Below, piece by piece: positions 32,700-41,746 of a stretch of 49,973 nucleotides of DNA (position 1 is its first letter; each line of letters opens with the position of its first letter). The notes under the pieces are model-generated. The model made no database searches, had not been told where the DNA came from, and saw only the letters and a list, made by a program, of their open reading frames with translations. Position numbers and translations under genes: made by a program. The DNA comes from a virus: the IMG/VR virus record IMGVR_UViG_3300017989_000027; one strand, written 5' to 3'.

Positions 32700-34901
32700 T
32701 TATGCAGCGTCAGGGGTAATGGCCCCTTGATCGGCCCCGGCATTGGTGAAGCCACGAAGAATCCATTCCGTGGCGGAGATGCACTCGACAATGTAGTGGG
32801 AGTCAGCAGGTAGGGCGGCTTCGTTGGTTCCATCACTATTAACGTTGTTGATCTTTACGTTGGAGCTTGCTACTGTGCGAAGTTCGCATCCGGTAGCATC
32901 TGTGATGAGGGTGATCTTCTGACCTACGGTCGGCGGTGGTAGGGTCACGATGTGGTTGGCATTGCCGGAAGTGATCTCTGCGGTGATGTTTCGACAGGTG
33001 GTGATCTTTCCAGTTGTGAGACCGTCGGCAGTAGCGGTAAGGGCTAGGGTTCCTGTTTTGAAGTAGCGGGCAGACTCGGGAAGGATGTAGATGTCCGGGG
33101 TCGTTGCTACGCTGTCAGTAGTGTAAGCAGACTCAGCAATGGCGACTACGTAGTCACCGGCTTCTGCTAGCTCGAAGGCACCGTCACCACCGAATTCGCC
33201 GTCAATTTCAAGCTCATCCCCGATAGCGATGTTGTCGTTGCCGTCTACTGCTGCATTTGCGGTAAAGCCCTCTGTCTGCAACCAGCCATAGTCACTATCC
33301 GGAATGGTAGCATCCTTTACTACAATGCCAAGAAATCTCTCAGCACTCTCTGAAGTACAAATTTCAACTTCTTCGGCAGTATCCCCAAGCCCCACTCTAC
33401 GTTGCATGGCGTAGTAGCGGGTCAAGGCTCCGCCGGTGTTGTTCAAGACGTAGCGAATATCCGTTTGTTCATGTGGTAAGGTACCGGAGTTGTCCTTGAT
33501 TACGTTGCAGCCCGCATAGTAGTGGGTGAGGTCAATTGTGGTTTGCCCGGTTCCATCCATGCGGAACGAATTCCCCGTGATGGAATTCAAGTAGTGCTCC
33601 ATGTCGATAGCTTTGGCATTGTTGCCGAGTATGGTAAAGCAGTTGCCCACAATGGAATTGAAATACCCGGTGTTTACGTGCAGGGCGGTTTGTACATCGT
33701 TGGCGATAAGCTCGAACGAGTTGCCCACGATGGTATTCCCATAGCCCACACCAGTCAGGTACATCAAGCCAGGAGGATCGGTGTCATTGTCATAGAACCG
33801 ATTGCCTACAATGGTATTCCTATGGGCCCCGAACATTTTTACTGCATAGGCATTCTCACTTAGGTTTGCCCAGCAGCCATTAAGAGTTACCCTGGTACTG
33901 CGGTGCATGACAACCGCATGGCCATGATTATTCGTTATCATAGCGTTGTTGATGCAAGCCTCATCACCTGGGGCAAGTACGATACCATTGCCATAGCAGC
34001 CTTCCTGCCAACAGTCTCCATTCATGCGAACCCCATGCCCGTGATTGATGGTGACCCCATCCCCTCCCGTATACCAGACACTTACATTCCTAATATCAAT
34101 CTCAGCCGTCCAACGGGAAATAACAAGACCATTTTCTCTCGCATCGTAGGCTACTGCTGTGGTCTGCGGCACAATGTCAAAGTTATGCAGCCTCACACCC
34201 CACACCAAGTGAGAAGCATCATAGCCGTCTTCCAAATGGATTGCAGAGCAATGGGCCCCGGTTGCCATACGTAGGGTGGTAGCCCCTGTGTCTGCACCTT
34301 CCAGGCTAACCTGGGAGGGCACCTCCAAAGCCGAGACAACACGGGTAAAGGTAAGGGTGTCTGGATTCCAGTTGGTTGTTAGACGACCGTTGAGCTCAAT
34401 AGTGTCCGGGGTTCCAGAGGTTTTTGCGGTAACCGTGAAAATTACATCGTCTTCACTATCTGCCGGGTCAACTCCAGCACCATCATGGGAAAGGCGAAGC
34501 AATTCACCTACGTTCACATCGGCAATTGTCCCCGTGGTCCAAGCAGAAACCGCAAGGGTTGTCGGGCTTCCGGAAGTAGTACAAGTACCTTTCCAGATAG
34601 TCTTGCCGGTAGGGTCAGCATAGAAGTATTCTCCAGGGGTGAGCTTCACCACTCCACCCCCATCGGTGCCTGCCTGAGTCAAAGCCTCTTGGATCTGGAT
34701 GTTATCTGCGGTGCCATCACATTGCCGCCAAGCAACGAGTTTCCACAACCAGCCTGCATCGGCAGATGCAACAACGTATTGTCCGGTAAAAGAGCGGTAG
34801 GCTGTCCTGGATAAACCAGGGCCGGCGACGGTAAAGCCAGAGGCAATCAGGATGATGATTACAATTGGTCGCAAGAGGAAGGTTTTGATACGGTTGAACA
34901 T
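32700..34901 (-). CDS. Right-handed parallel beta-helix (pectate-lyase-fold) protein with an N-terminal signal or anchor, 733 aa.
   Basis: PbH1-like repeats NTIVGNRFYDN, NTIVGNSFELI, NSIVGNCFTIL and NSITGNSFRMD. Hydrophobic N-terminus LLRPIVIIILIASGFTVAG. Confidence 0.75.
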   Translation of the reverse strand: MFNRIKTFLLRPIVIIILIASGFTVAGPGLSRTAYRSFTGQYVVASADAGWLWKLVAWRQCDGTADNIQIQEALTQAGTDGGGVVKLTPGEYFYADPTGKTIWKGTCTTSGSPTTLAVSAWTTGTIADVNVGELLRLSHDGAGVDPADSEDDVIFTVTAKTSGTPDTIELNGRLTTNWNPDTLTFTRVVSALEVPSQVSLEGADTGATTLRMATGAHCSAIHLEDGYDASHLVWGVRLHNFDIVPQTTAVAYDARENGLVISRWTAEIDIRNVSVWYTGGDGVTINHGHGVRMNGDCWQEGCYGNGIVLAPGDEACINNAMITNNHGHAVVMHRSTRVTLNGCWANLSENAYAVKMFGAHRNTIVGNRFYDNDTDPPGLMYLTGVGYGNTIVGNSFELIANDVQTALHVNTGYFNSIVGNCFTILGNNAKAIDMEHYLNSITGNSFRMDGTGQTTIDLTHYYAGCNVIKDNSGTLPHEQTDIRYVLNNTGGALTRYYAMQRRVGLGDTAEEVEICTSESAERFLGIVVKDATIPDSDYGWLQTEGFTANAAVDGNDNIAIGDELEIDGEFGGDGAFELAEAGDYVVAIAESAYTTDSVATTPDIYILPESARYFKTGTLALTATADGLTTGKITTCRNITAEITSGNANHIVTLPPPTVGQKITLITDATGCELRTVASSNVKINNVNSDGTNEAALPADSHYIVECISATEWILRGFTNAGADQGAITPDAA

Positions 34902-34948
34902 GGAATCAACTCCGATTGATCTCTGAAGTCAGTTGGGTTGCCGGGGAT

Positions 34949-35419
34949 CTACTTGCCGTAGAACAAGACGTTCAAGTGAACGGTTCCAGCCTCGGCGTCA
35001 ACGACCAGGGATTCAAGATCGCCCTGATACCATCGCTCTCCGCCGATAGAAAGCAGCATTCCGGTAGGCGTTGCACCCACGGGTGTACCGCCGTCGTCTT
35101 GATAGCGGATGTTGCCGTCCTCTGCCTGGATGTAGGCGAGGTATGCCCCTGTTGGAATGGATGGGGTTCCGGTTGCAGCCGTACCATCCAGAAAGACAGG
35201 AGTGCCGGAGACTACGGCAAGCCGGGAATACGATCCGGTAATAGGACGGTACTCGCTCTGAATAACCGCTGTTTTTGCCAGACCGATACCCGTTCGGGCT
35301 TCGACTTTCTGGAGGAGAAAATCCTGCAAGGCCGTTCCGACTGCAATCCCAACGATGATGCAGGCGATGAGGCCGATTGCTAGACGGAACTTGTTGGTGT
35401 GGATAGGGTCGTTGTTCAT
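34949..35419 (-). CDS. N-terminally membrane-anchored protein, 156 aa.
   Basis: TM segment LAIGLIACIIVGIAVGTAL. First gene after the capsid terminator. Confidence 0.6.
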   Translation of the reverse strand: MNNDPIHTNKFRLAIGLIACIIVGIAVGTALQDFLLQKVEARTGIGLAKTAVIQSEYRPITGSYSRLAVVSGTPVFLDGTAATGTPSIPTGAYLAYIQAEDGNIRYQDDGGTPVGATPTGMLLSIGGERWYQGDLESLVVDAEAGTVHLNVLFYGK

Positions 35420-35430
35420 TTTGATTCTCC

Positions 35431-35468
35431 AAATAAAGAACCCTGCGGGGGGCAGACCCGCAGGGTTC
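35431..35468 (-). terminator. Rho-independent terminator downstream of the major capsid gene.
   Basis: In mRNA sense, GAACCCUGCGGG-loop-CCCGCAGGGUUC (12-bp stem) followed by UUUAUUU. Confidence 0.7.
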
Positions 35469-35500
35469 GTGGGCCCCGCTGTTTCGGTTAGAGGGAACTG

Positions 35501-36721
35501 CTACGGGAAGTTGATTGTGCCGTCAACAACTGCCCGGGGGATGTAAAGGGCGGGCAGGCAGTTGTCGACTTCAATCAGATCAAAACCAGAGGGCTGCGTC
35601 GTCGGTTCAGCCCATCCAGCGAGGCCAAAGCGTTCTGTCGATTGGGCAACCACGTTTTCCCGAACCAGTTCGGAACCTTCGTGCAACTCGAACCAAACAG
35701 GGCTCGGGTCGGGGCAGAAGTAAGCGTGGTCGTCTGGCACAAACTTGGCGAAGGCGTAGGCCGAGGTACCATCCCACACCTTAAGGCCACCATCGTAGAC
35801 GTGCCAGGTGAGCCAAGGCATGGGCCGAAGAACGATGTCGAATGAGGTATTGCCGTTAATCCTGTCGGGATCTCCCGGATCTCCCCATCCGGGGCTGACC
35901 CGATAGTCGGTCCACACCGCATTGGCCGATCCGCACGCATTGCGAATCTCCGTGTTGTTGATGACCCAAACCCAGGTGGATGAGTTGATCCAGACGTGGC
36001 GGAGCGGCATACCGTGCTGGACCTCGAATGCAGCGTTCAGCAGGTGCATCTGAGTCAAGATCGGTGCGTTGGTAGTGTCCGACCATTTCAGGGTTGCCGT
36101 GCCGTTATCGAAAAGCTGTTGAGCCGCATTGTAGCTCGTTGGGATGAGCTTGTTCGCATCCAAGTCCGTCATCTCGCATTCGCCGAGGTTGCCGGCAGGA
36201 ACGCGGTAGTTGATTTCGGGACTGGTCGGTGTTGCGGCATCCCGGAGCAGGATGTTATCGCCTTGCAAGTCCAGATCGAAACCGCCACGGAACATGCGGG
36301 AGATCATGAACTCCCGGGCGTTGTAGAACCGCTGGGCCAGCGTTTCCTCCTGCCTGGTCACGTAGCGTTGTCCGCGGTTGTCGATTTCTCCCCAGGGACG
36401 ACCAAGCGGGCGGGTACGATAGAGGCGGGATTCCTCCAAGTGCTTCTTTTCGTGCCCACGCCACATGGTTGCCGAGACGTGCCCGATTTTCTGCAAGGCA
36501 ACAGTCGCCGGGCCGGAATCCAAATCGCGGCCGGTGGCAATGTCTCGCACGTTGTCCATGATGTCCCAGCCGGTAGCATTGCCACCAACCGGATTGATAT
36601 TGGGACCTCCCGGGAGGCACCCAAGGAATCGTTGGAACACCTGTTGCGGTGTTCTGATCCTGGAGATGACCCGAGTTACAACCGGGGCCTTCAGGACTTG
36701 GGGAAGTGTGATGTTGGCCAT
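35501..36721 (-). CDS. Major capsid protein, lambda gpE-like, 406 aa.
   Basis: It follows the protease/scaffold and D-like decoration genes in lambda-like order. The layout resembles gpE, and a strong terminator follows it. Confidence 0.7.
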   Translation of the reverse strand: MANITLPQVLKAPVVTRVISRIRTPQQVFQRFLGCLPGGPNINPVGGNATGWDIMDNVRDIATGRDLDSGPATVALQKIGHVSATMWRGHEKKHLEESRLYRTRPLGRPWGEIDNRGQRYVTRQEETLAQRFYNAREFMISRMFRGGFDLDLQGDNILLRDAATPTSPEINYRVPAGNLGECEMTDLDANKLIPTSYNAAQQLFDNGTATLKWSDTTNAPILTQMHLLNAAFEVQHGMPLRHVWINSSTWVWVINNTEIRNACGSANAVWTDYRVSPGWGDPGDPDRINGNTSFDIVLRPMPWLTWHVYDGGLKVWDGTSAYAFAKFVPDDHAYFCPDPSPVWFELHEGSELVRENVVAQSTERFGLAGWAEPTTQPSGFDLIEVDNCLPALYIPRAVVDGTINFP

Positions 36722-36818
36722 GGAAGGTCTCCAAAGTTGGTGTTAGAAGGAAGGGGCTGATCTGCGGGCCTAGAGTTGGTTCAGCCCCTTCCTGTTCATC
36801 CGAATTTGTCAAGCTGCG

Positions 36819-38366
36819 TTAGGCAGCGTTACGCTCGATTGCCTGTCCACGAACGGTAATGGAACGTGCGGCTCCGGCCAGATCCTCAACGGCGATGTAC
36901 GGGATCAAGTCCGTGGTATCATCCAAGGCAGCCGAAGTCTCAACGTGAACGCCGTTGATGTAGAACCGGGCTTTCCGGTCATTACCGATAGCGATCTTGA
37001 GATGGTAGTCGGTGTTGGCAAGAACATCTACGTTCGTGTCATGCTCATCATCAGCACCGATTGCAGCCCCGGACGAAACCGCGAGCCATTGGGTGGTAAC
37101 AGTCGCATGGTCAGTTCGGTACCAGAAGCAGGCTTGGTCTGCGTCAGTACCGATAGCAGAGGGTGAAGCTACTGCCAGTTTAAGGCCGGCAATGATTGCC
37201 ATGTTGGTGACAGCAGCACCCGTCCGAATACGGCACTCCCAGATAGTTTCCTGGTCAGTGCCCCAGGTGATGTTGGCCCACGGAGTCAGGTTTGTGTCCT
37301 GATGTGGGCCGAGAATTACCTGGTCATTACCACCACCGTCCGTCTCTAGGGTAATGCCACCTTCGGCATCGTAGGTCACGTCATCGTCAGATGCACCGGT
37401 ACCACTGATCTCGAAGTGTGGATCACAGACCAGCATGGCTGCAATCTCTGCCGCCGTTGCACCATCGTTTCCATCGTCGGCGGAGGAAGGTGCAATGGAG
37501 GCGTTGAGTTGCGGCAGACCGAATTCCCCGGCAGTCCATTCCAGCCGATAACGGTTGCCGGAGAACTTATCCACGTCACCTTGACTGTGAATGGCGATGT
37601 ACTTGGTTGTCGAAATGCCGATGATCTCGACAAACTCGCCAATATGGGGCTGCATGGCAACGGCTTCACAGGTCGCATCCCCATCGGCGATGATGGGTGC
37701 CCCGGAGGCTGCCATGATGATAACTTCATTCGGGTTTGCAACGTAGAACCCGAAGCGATAGCCCTCTTTAGGCCCTGTGGCCGGCAAGGTGAACGTGACG
37801 CTACCGGTTGCCCCGTTGTTGGTGAAGAGGACGTTGTTGTCCGCTTCGACAAGCGTGGCGTCTGCGGTAATGTCGCGGGTGTCACGCCATCCACCGAAGA
37901 CGTTCATCTGCGGCTCATCGTCGAACACGGCACGGTTCTGGAATTGCTGGCGAACCTGTTGCTCCCAGTTCTGGCCGTTGATGCCACGGGTGGTGGTGCC
38001 CGAAACAATGAAGCCGGAGGGCTTCATGGGACCGGCAACCATGATGTGACCTCGGAGTCGATCCAGGTTGGCACCGGCGGCTTGCATCTTCTGCTCGTGC
38101 ATGAGCACACCGAAGATGTACTGGGTGCCGTCTGTTGCGGTGGAATCCCACTGCTTGAGCTTGCCGGTGGATGCTACCTTGCCCATCAAAAGACCGGCAG
38201 GGAGCGTGTCCAGGTCGGTTCCACCGTCGTTGTAGCGTGAGGCACCGTCGATAAGGCAGGGAAGGGTAATGACGTTATCACGCCGTCCCCACCAAATGAT
38301 GTCCTCAGTGTTGAAAAGGGCTTCCCGGATTCCGGGGATCGCGGAATGATACTCGAAATTCAACAT
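36819..38366 (-). CDS. Head decoration (gpD-like) N-terminal domain fused to extra C-terminal domains, 515 aa.
   Basis: LPAGLLMGKVASTGKLKQW...YIFGVLMHEQ fits the D-family pattern. It lies immediately upstream of the capsid gene. Confidence 0.55.
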   Translation of the reverse strand: MLNFEYHSAIPGIREALFNTEDIIWWGRRDNVITLPCLIDGASRYNDGGTDLDTLPAGLLMGKVASTGKLKQWDSTATDGTQYIFGVLMHEQKMQAAGANLDRLRGHIMVAGPMKPSGFIVSGTTTRGINGQNWEQQVRQQFQNRAVFDDEPQMNVFGGWRDTRDITADATLVEADNNVLFTNNGATGSVTFTLPATGPKEGYRFGFYVANPNEVIIMAASGAPIIADGDATCEAVAMQPHIGEFVEIIGISTTKYIAIHSQGDVDKFSGNRYRLEWTAGEFGLPQLNASIAPSSADDGNDGATAAEIAAMLVCDPHFEISGTGASDDDVTYDAEGGITLETDGGGNDQVILGPHQDTNLTPWANITWGTDQETIWECRIRTGAAVTNMAIIAGLKLAVASPSAIGTDADQACFWYRTDHATVTTQWLAVSSGAAIGADDEHDTNVDVLANTDYHLKIAIGNDRKARFYINGVHVETSAALDDTTDLIPYIAVEDLAGAARSITVRGQAIERNAA

Positions 38367-38426
38367 TGGACTCTCCTAAGACTGCTGCTGTTCTCTCCCT
38401 TTATTGGGCAACGACAAGTTGCCCGT

Positions 38427-39743
38427 TCACTCTTTTCTGGAGGGAGAAGCAAGGCCAGCGTTTTGAAGTTGTGCGTCTGCCGCTTTGTCCGCATCTTCCT
38501 CGGAAATGGCATTCATGCCGCTTTCCAACATGGACTCGGGGATCTCTTGCTCGAAGGCAAAGCGAAGCCCTTCGGGTTTCTTGGGCGATCCGTTTTCGTC
38601 GGACAGGATGCTCGCAAGGGAACCGAACCCCGTGGAATTGGAAGGCAGGTCTTCCAGGATTCCAAGCACGTTGTCCAACTCCGTGGTGGCTTGCTTGCCG
38701 TCTGCACCAAGGCTGAACTCGAAGGCTTCGATCATCGGCTTCAGCTTATTGGTTGCAACGGCCGGGGTGATGCGACCTTGCTCCACGAGTCGTTCGACCC
38801 GGGACACGTAGGTCTTTTTGGCAGAGTCGGTGGCGAAGGCCAAGGCGTGCTTGACGGTATCGTCCTTTGCCTCGGCTTTGCCGACGATTTCCTGGAATTG
38901 CTTGCACTCGTCTTCGGAGGCAAACTCCAGGGACTTGCCGTCCTGTGATACCTTGACTTTCATCAGGTTCTCTCCCATAGCGATTGGAAGTGGTTTCTCA
39001 GTGGGTTTGCCGGCTTGGTCTTGATTTTGACCGGCCGGGGTACCCTCCGATGTCTGACTGCCCTTGATGGCTTGAACTGCGGTGACGATGCGTTCCACCA
39101 CATTCTCTGCGTTCGTGTCGCTTGGAAGAACGACGCCAACTTGAGCAAGGGCAGCAACAGCATCCGAAACGGATGCGTTGTTCGCTTCGATGGACCCGGC
39201 TTGATTCTCCGGTTCCTTTGGTTCCTGAACGGTGTCGGCGAAGAGGAGTTGAGAAAGTGCAAGGGCCATGGCGGGTTCGCCCTTGTGCTTCGTCTTCACT
39301 TTCTCGAAGTTGGTCTGCCCGGGGGTAACGGGGTGGGTGACCAAGGCAACGTGCATCATGCTCTCGCCCCACTCACGCCCCATGCCGTCTTTCCAGTTGG
39401 GCAGGACGTAGGGCGAAACCTCTTGGACGGTGGTGCCGACTTTGGAAGCGTCTTCGTCTCGGGGAACGTCAAGCTGGCCGTACAAGGAACCATCCTTGGC
39501 TTGCCATATCTTCTCCCAGAAACCAGCGTTGTTGTCGGCAGCCCGTTCTTCCTTGGAGAGGGGTTTGGATGCGTCGTGCTTCCAAGGGGCGGGGATTCGC
39601 AGCGGGTTCTCGGCGGAGGTCATTTGATCAAAGGCCGTTGCCCACTGCTTCAGTCGATCATGGCTCAGATGAACACGTTCGGGTCCGGTGGGGGTTGAAG
39701 CCTCATACGTGCCCGGTCGGGCAATGAGCTTGGTGAACTTCAT
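38427..39743 (-). CDS. Putative prohead protease/scaffold fusion, 438 aa.
   Basis: I chose ATG 39743 with SD GGAGGA. Globular N-terminal half and Ala/Glu/Lys-rich C-terminal half. Position is upstream of the decoration and capsid genes. Confidence 0.5.
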   Translation of the reverse strand: MKFTKLIARPGTYEASTPTGPERVHLSHDRLKQWATAFDQMTSAENPLRIPAPWKHDASKPLSKEERAADNNAGFWEKIWQAKDGSLYGQLDVPRDEDASKVGTTVQEVSPYVLPNWKDGMGREWGESMMHVALVTHPVTPGQTNFEKVKTKHKGEPAMALALSQLLFADTVQEPKEPENQAGSIEANNASVSDAVAALAQVGVVLPSDTNAENVVERIVTAVQAIKGSQTSEGTPAGQNQDQAGKPTEKPLPIAMGENLMKVKVSQDGKSLEFASEDECKQFQEIVGKAEAKDDTVKHALAFATDSAKKTYVSRVERLVEQGRITPAVATNKLKPMIEAFEFSLGADGKQATTELDNVLGILEDLPSNSTGFGSLASILSDENGSPKKPEGLRFAFEQEIPESMLESGMNAISEEDADKAADAQLQNAGLASPSRKE

Positions 39744-39921
39744 TGTTTCCTCCGACAATATAGATGTCTGCGGATCGGACCCTGTTCTGTTCCTCATTCT
39801 ATTTGTGCAATTTCAGGTTGGTCAATAGGAACTGGGTGGTAAAATGGTCTCAGACGGAAGAATTTTCCCCCAGAAGGATCAAATCAGAGCTAATATAGTC
39901 CTAAGACAAAGGAATTAGCCC

Positions 39922-41358
39922 ATGGCACTCTCTTATGACCATCTGTTCCGTGACATCGGCGAAGTAATTGAGGCCATTGATGACCTGCTGGATTTCGCCG
40001 ATGGAACCGCTGCAATCGACCTGGTGAACATGGAAGATGAGATCAGCGACCAGTTCATCGACGAAACGGATCTGGGGGATGGGGCTCTGGCTGCCAGGTA
40101 TGACGTGCTAAGTGGTACGTCTGAGATGTTCATCGGATTCAAGGATGCTGTGATTGGCTGGATTACCAGCCTCGGCTCTCTGGCGGAAGAAAGGCTACGG
40201 GATTATGACACCGTGCTGGATGAGATGAACCTGACGAAGGACGTGACCACGGAAGACCTGCTGGAGGAACTGTATCGGAAGATGGTGGACGATGGAGAAG
40301 ACGTGGACCAGAGTACGGTGACGGTTGGTGCTGCCACGGTGATTGATGGGAACGGGGATGGGGTGGTACTCAACACGAAACTGTTGGATGGATCAAGTGC
40401 CCCAAGTAGCGGCTGGCCTGTCATTCCTGATTATGCCCAGGACTTGAGCAATGCGGCCGGGGCAGGAAGAATGCCTGGCGAGAACGCAGCCTATACGGGA
40501 ACGGATTCGGAATTGGGTGTGGTCAGTGAGACCATGACCTTGACGTGCATTCAGGATTCGGAAACGGATGGGGTGGATGAAGGATCGGAAGTGTTCTCCT
40601 GGTCAGGAGAAGAAGGGGATGAGAATTACAGTTGGGAGGCAGAAGGAAGTGGGCTAGGCCCTAGCGTGACCGTAGCGAATGGGGCGGGGATCATTACGGA
40701 TGGGGAGTTCGAGTATTTCACAAGTGACGACCCGGACTATTGGACAATCGACAATGGGACGGCTTCAACCCACATCTTGGAGAACACTGCAAGTGAGCAT
40801 CGTGGTAGTGCTTGCTTGGAGTATGCTGGCGATGGGGCACAAGCTACCATTGAAATCCATCAGGATGTGTCGGACTTGACGCCATTGCGGAGGTATTTCG
40901 TTGGTTGTTGGGTGAAGGGGACGGCTGGAATTGTGGCAGGTGATTTGACGATTGAGATGGAAGGGACGGGATACACGGCGGGGACAACGGAAAAGATCAG
41001 CATGAACTCAGCAGCCCTGGCTGCTCAAGTAGCATGGGATGAGGAGTATTTCTTCTTCACGGCACCGGCTGAAATCCCAAGCGACTTCAAGCTGGTTGTG
41101 AAGGTGGAGAACACCCTGACGAATGCAAAGAGTGTTTACGTGGATGGGTTGGCGTTGGCACCCGTCGAGTACCACGGTGGCGTTGGGGTTGCGATCCTTG
41201 CGGGCAACGCGAAGTTTATCCGAGGGGATCGGTCCACATTCACCGTGGCAAACGACGCTGCTGGCACGTTCCAGGAGTTCTTCCGAAAGAACTTCAGGGT
41301 CCAGTTGCCAAGTGACGGGGCTGCCGGGGAAAGCATTTCCGATGCTTGGGCAGAGTAA
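39922..41358 (+). CDS. Acidic 478-aa protein with a CBM/jelly-roll-like C-terminal half. It is the only plus-strand gene inside the late region.
   Basis: Uninterrupted 478-codon ORF with SD AAAGGAA. The segment ITDGEFEYF..DYWTIDNG..ACLEYAGDG..VGCWVKG resembles a carbohydrate-binding-module signature. Confidence 0.7.
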   Translation: MALSYDHLFRDIGEVIEAIDDLLDFADGTAAIDLVNMEDEISDQFIDETDLGDGALAARYDVLSGTSEMFIGFKDAVIGWITSLGSLAEERLRDYDTVLDEMNLTKDVTTEDLLEELYRKMVDDGEDVDQSTVTVGAATVIDGNGDGVVLNTKLLDGSSAPSSGWPVIPDYAQDLSNAAGAGRMPGENAAYTGTDSELGVVSETMTLTCIQDSETDGVDEGSEVFSWSGEEGDENYSWEAEGSGLGPSVTVANGAGIITDGEFEYFTSDDPDYWTIDNGTASTHILENTASEHRGSACLEYAGDGAQATIEIHQDVSDLTPLRRYFVGCWVKGTAGIVAGDLTIEMEGTGYTAGTTEKISMNSAALAAQVAWDEEYFFFTAPAEIPSDFKLVVKVENTLTNAKSVYVDGLALAPVEYHGGVGVAILAGNAKFIRGDRSTFTVANDAAGTFQEFFRKNFRVQLPSDGAAGESISDAWAE

Positions 41359-41372
41359 CCTGGTTGGGCCGG

Positions 41373-41726
41373 TTAGCCTTGCTTCTTCCCAGTAGTTGCT
41401 GCCTTTGCCTTTTGCTTGGGCTCAGCAGGTTGGGAAGGTTCCTTGGGCTGGGCAGGTGCCTGGGTTTCTGGCTTCGGGTCTTCGCTCTTGCGTAAGGTAG
41501 GCAAGGCCGGATTAGGTTCCAGGATTTCATCGACGTTGCATGGTTCGGGGAACTCTGCTGTGACCATGTAGTCGCCGGTTGCCAAGGGAACTAGGGTCAC
41601 GGATGATGCACCTTGCTCCGAAAGCTGATTCATCACGTTCTGAAGTCCGGTCTTTACCGGATGCCTCGTATGTCCGTGCAGTGCAGACAGAACGGGAATG
41701 GGGTAGTGGCAGACTTTGTAAGGCAT
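41373..41726 (-). CDS. Hypothetical protein, 117 aa, with a Pro/Lys/Glu-rich tail.
   Basis: Intact ORF downstream of terL. Confidence 0.5.
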   Translation of the reverse strand: MPYKVCHYPIPVLSALHGHTRHPVKTGLQNVMNQLSEQGASSVTLVPLATGDYMVTAEFPEPCNVDEILEPNPALPTLRKSEDPKPETQAPAQPKEPSQPAEPKQKAKAATTGKKQG

Positions 41727-41746
41727 TAGGACTCTCCGTGCTGAAG

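Noticed and set aside
35996-38240. Long antisense ORFs inside structural genes: 35996-36760 (+), 37416-38240 (+), 39015-39698 (+), 38346-38948 (+) and 6618-7283 (+).
   Set aside because: They mirror the frame of longer sense ORFs that have recognisable phage functions. Their composition is typical of antisense shadows.
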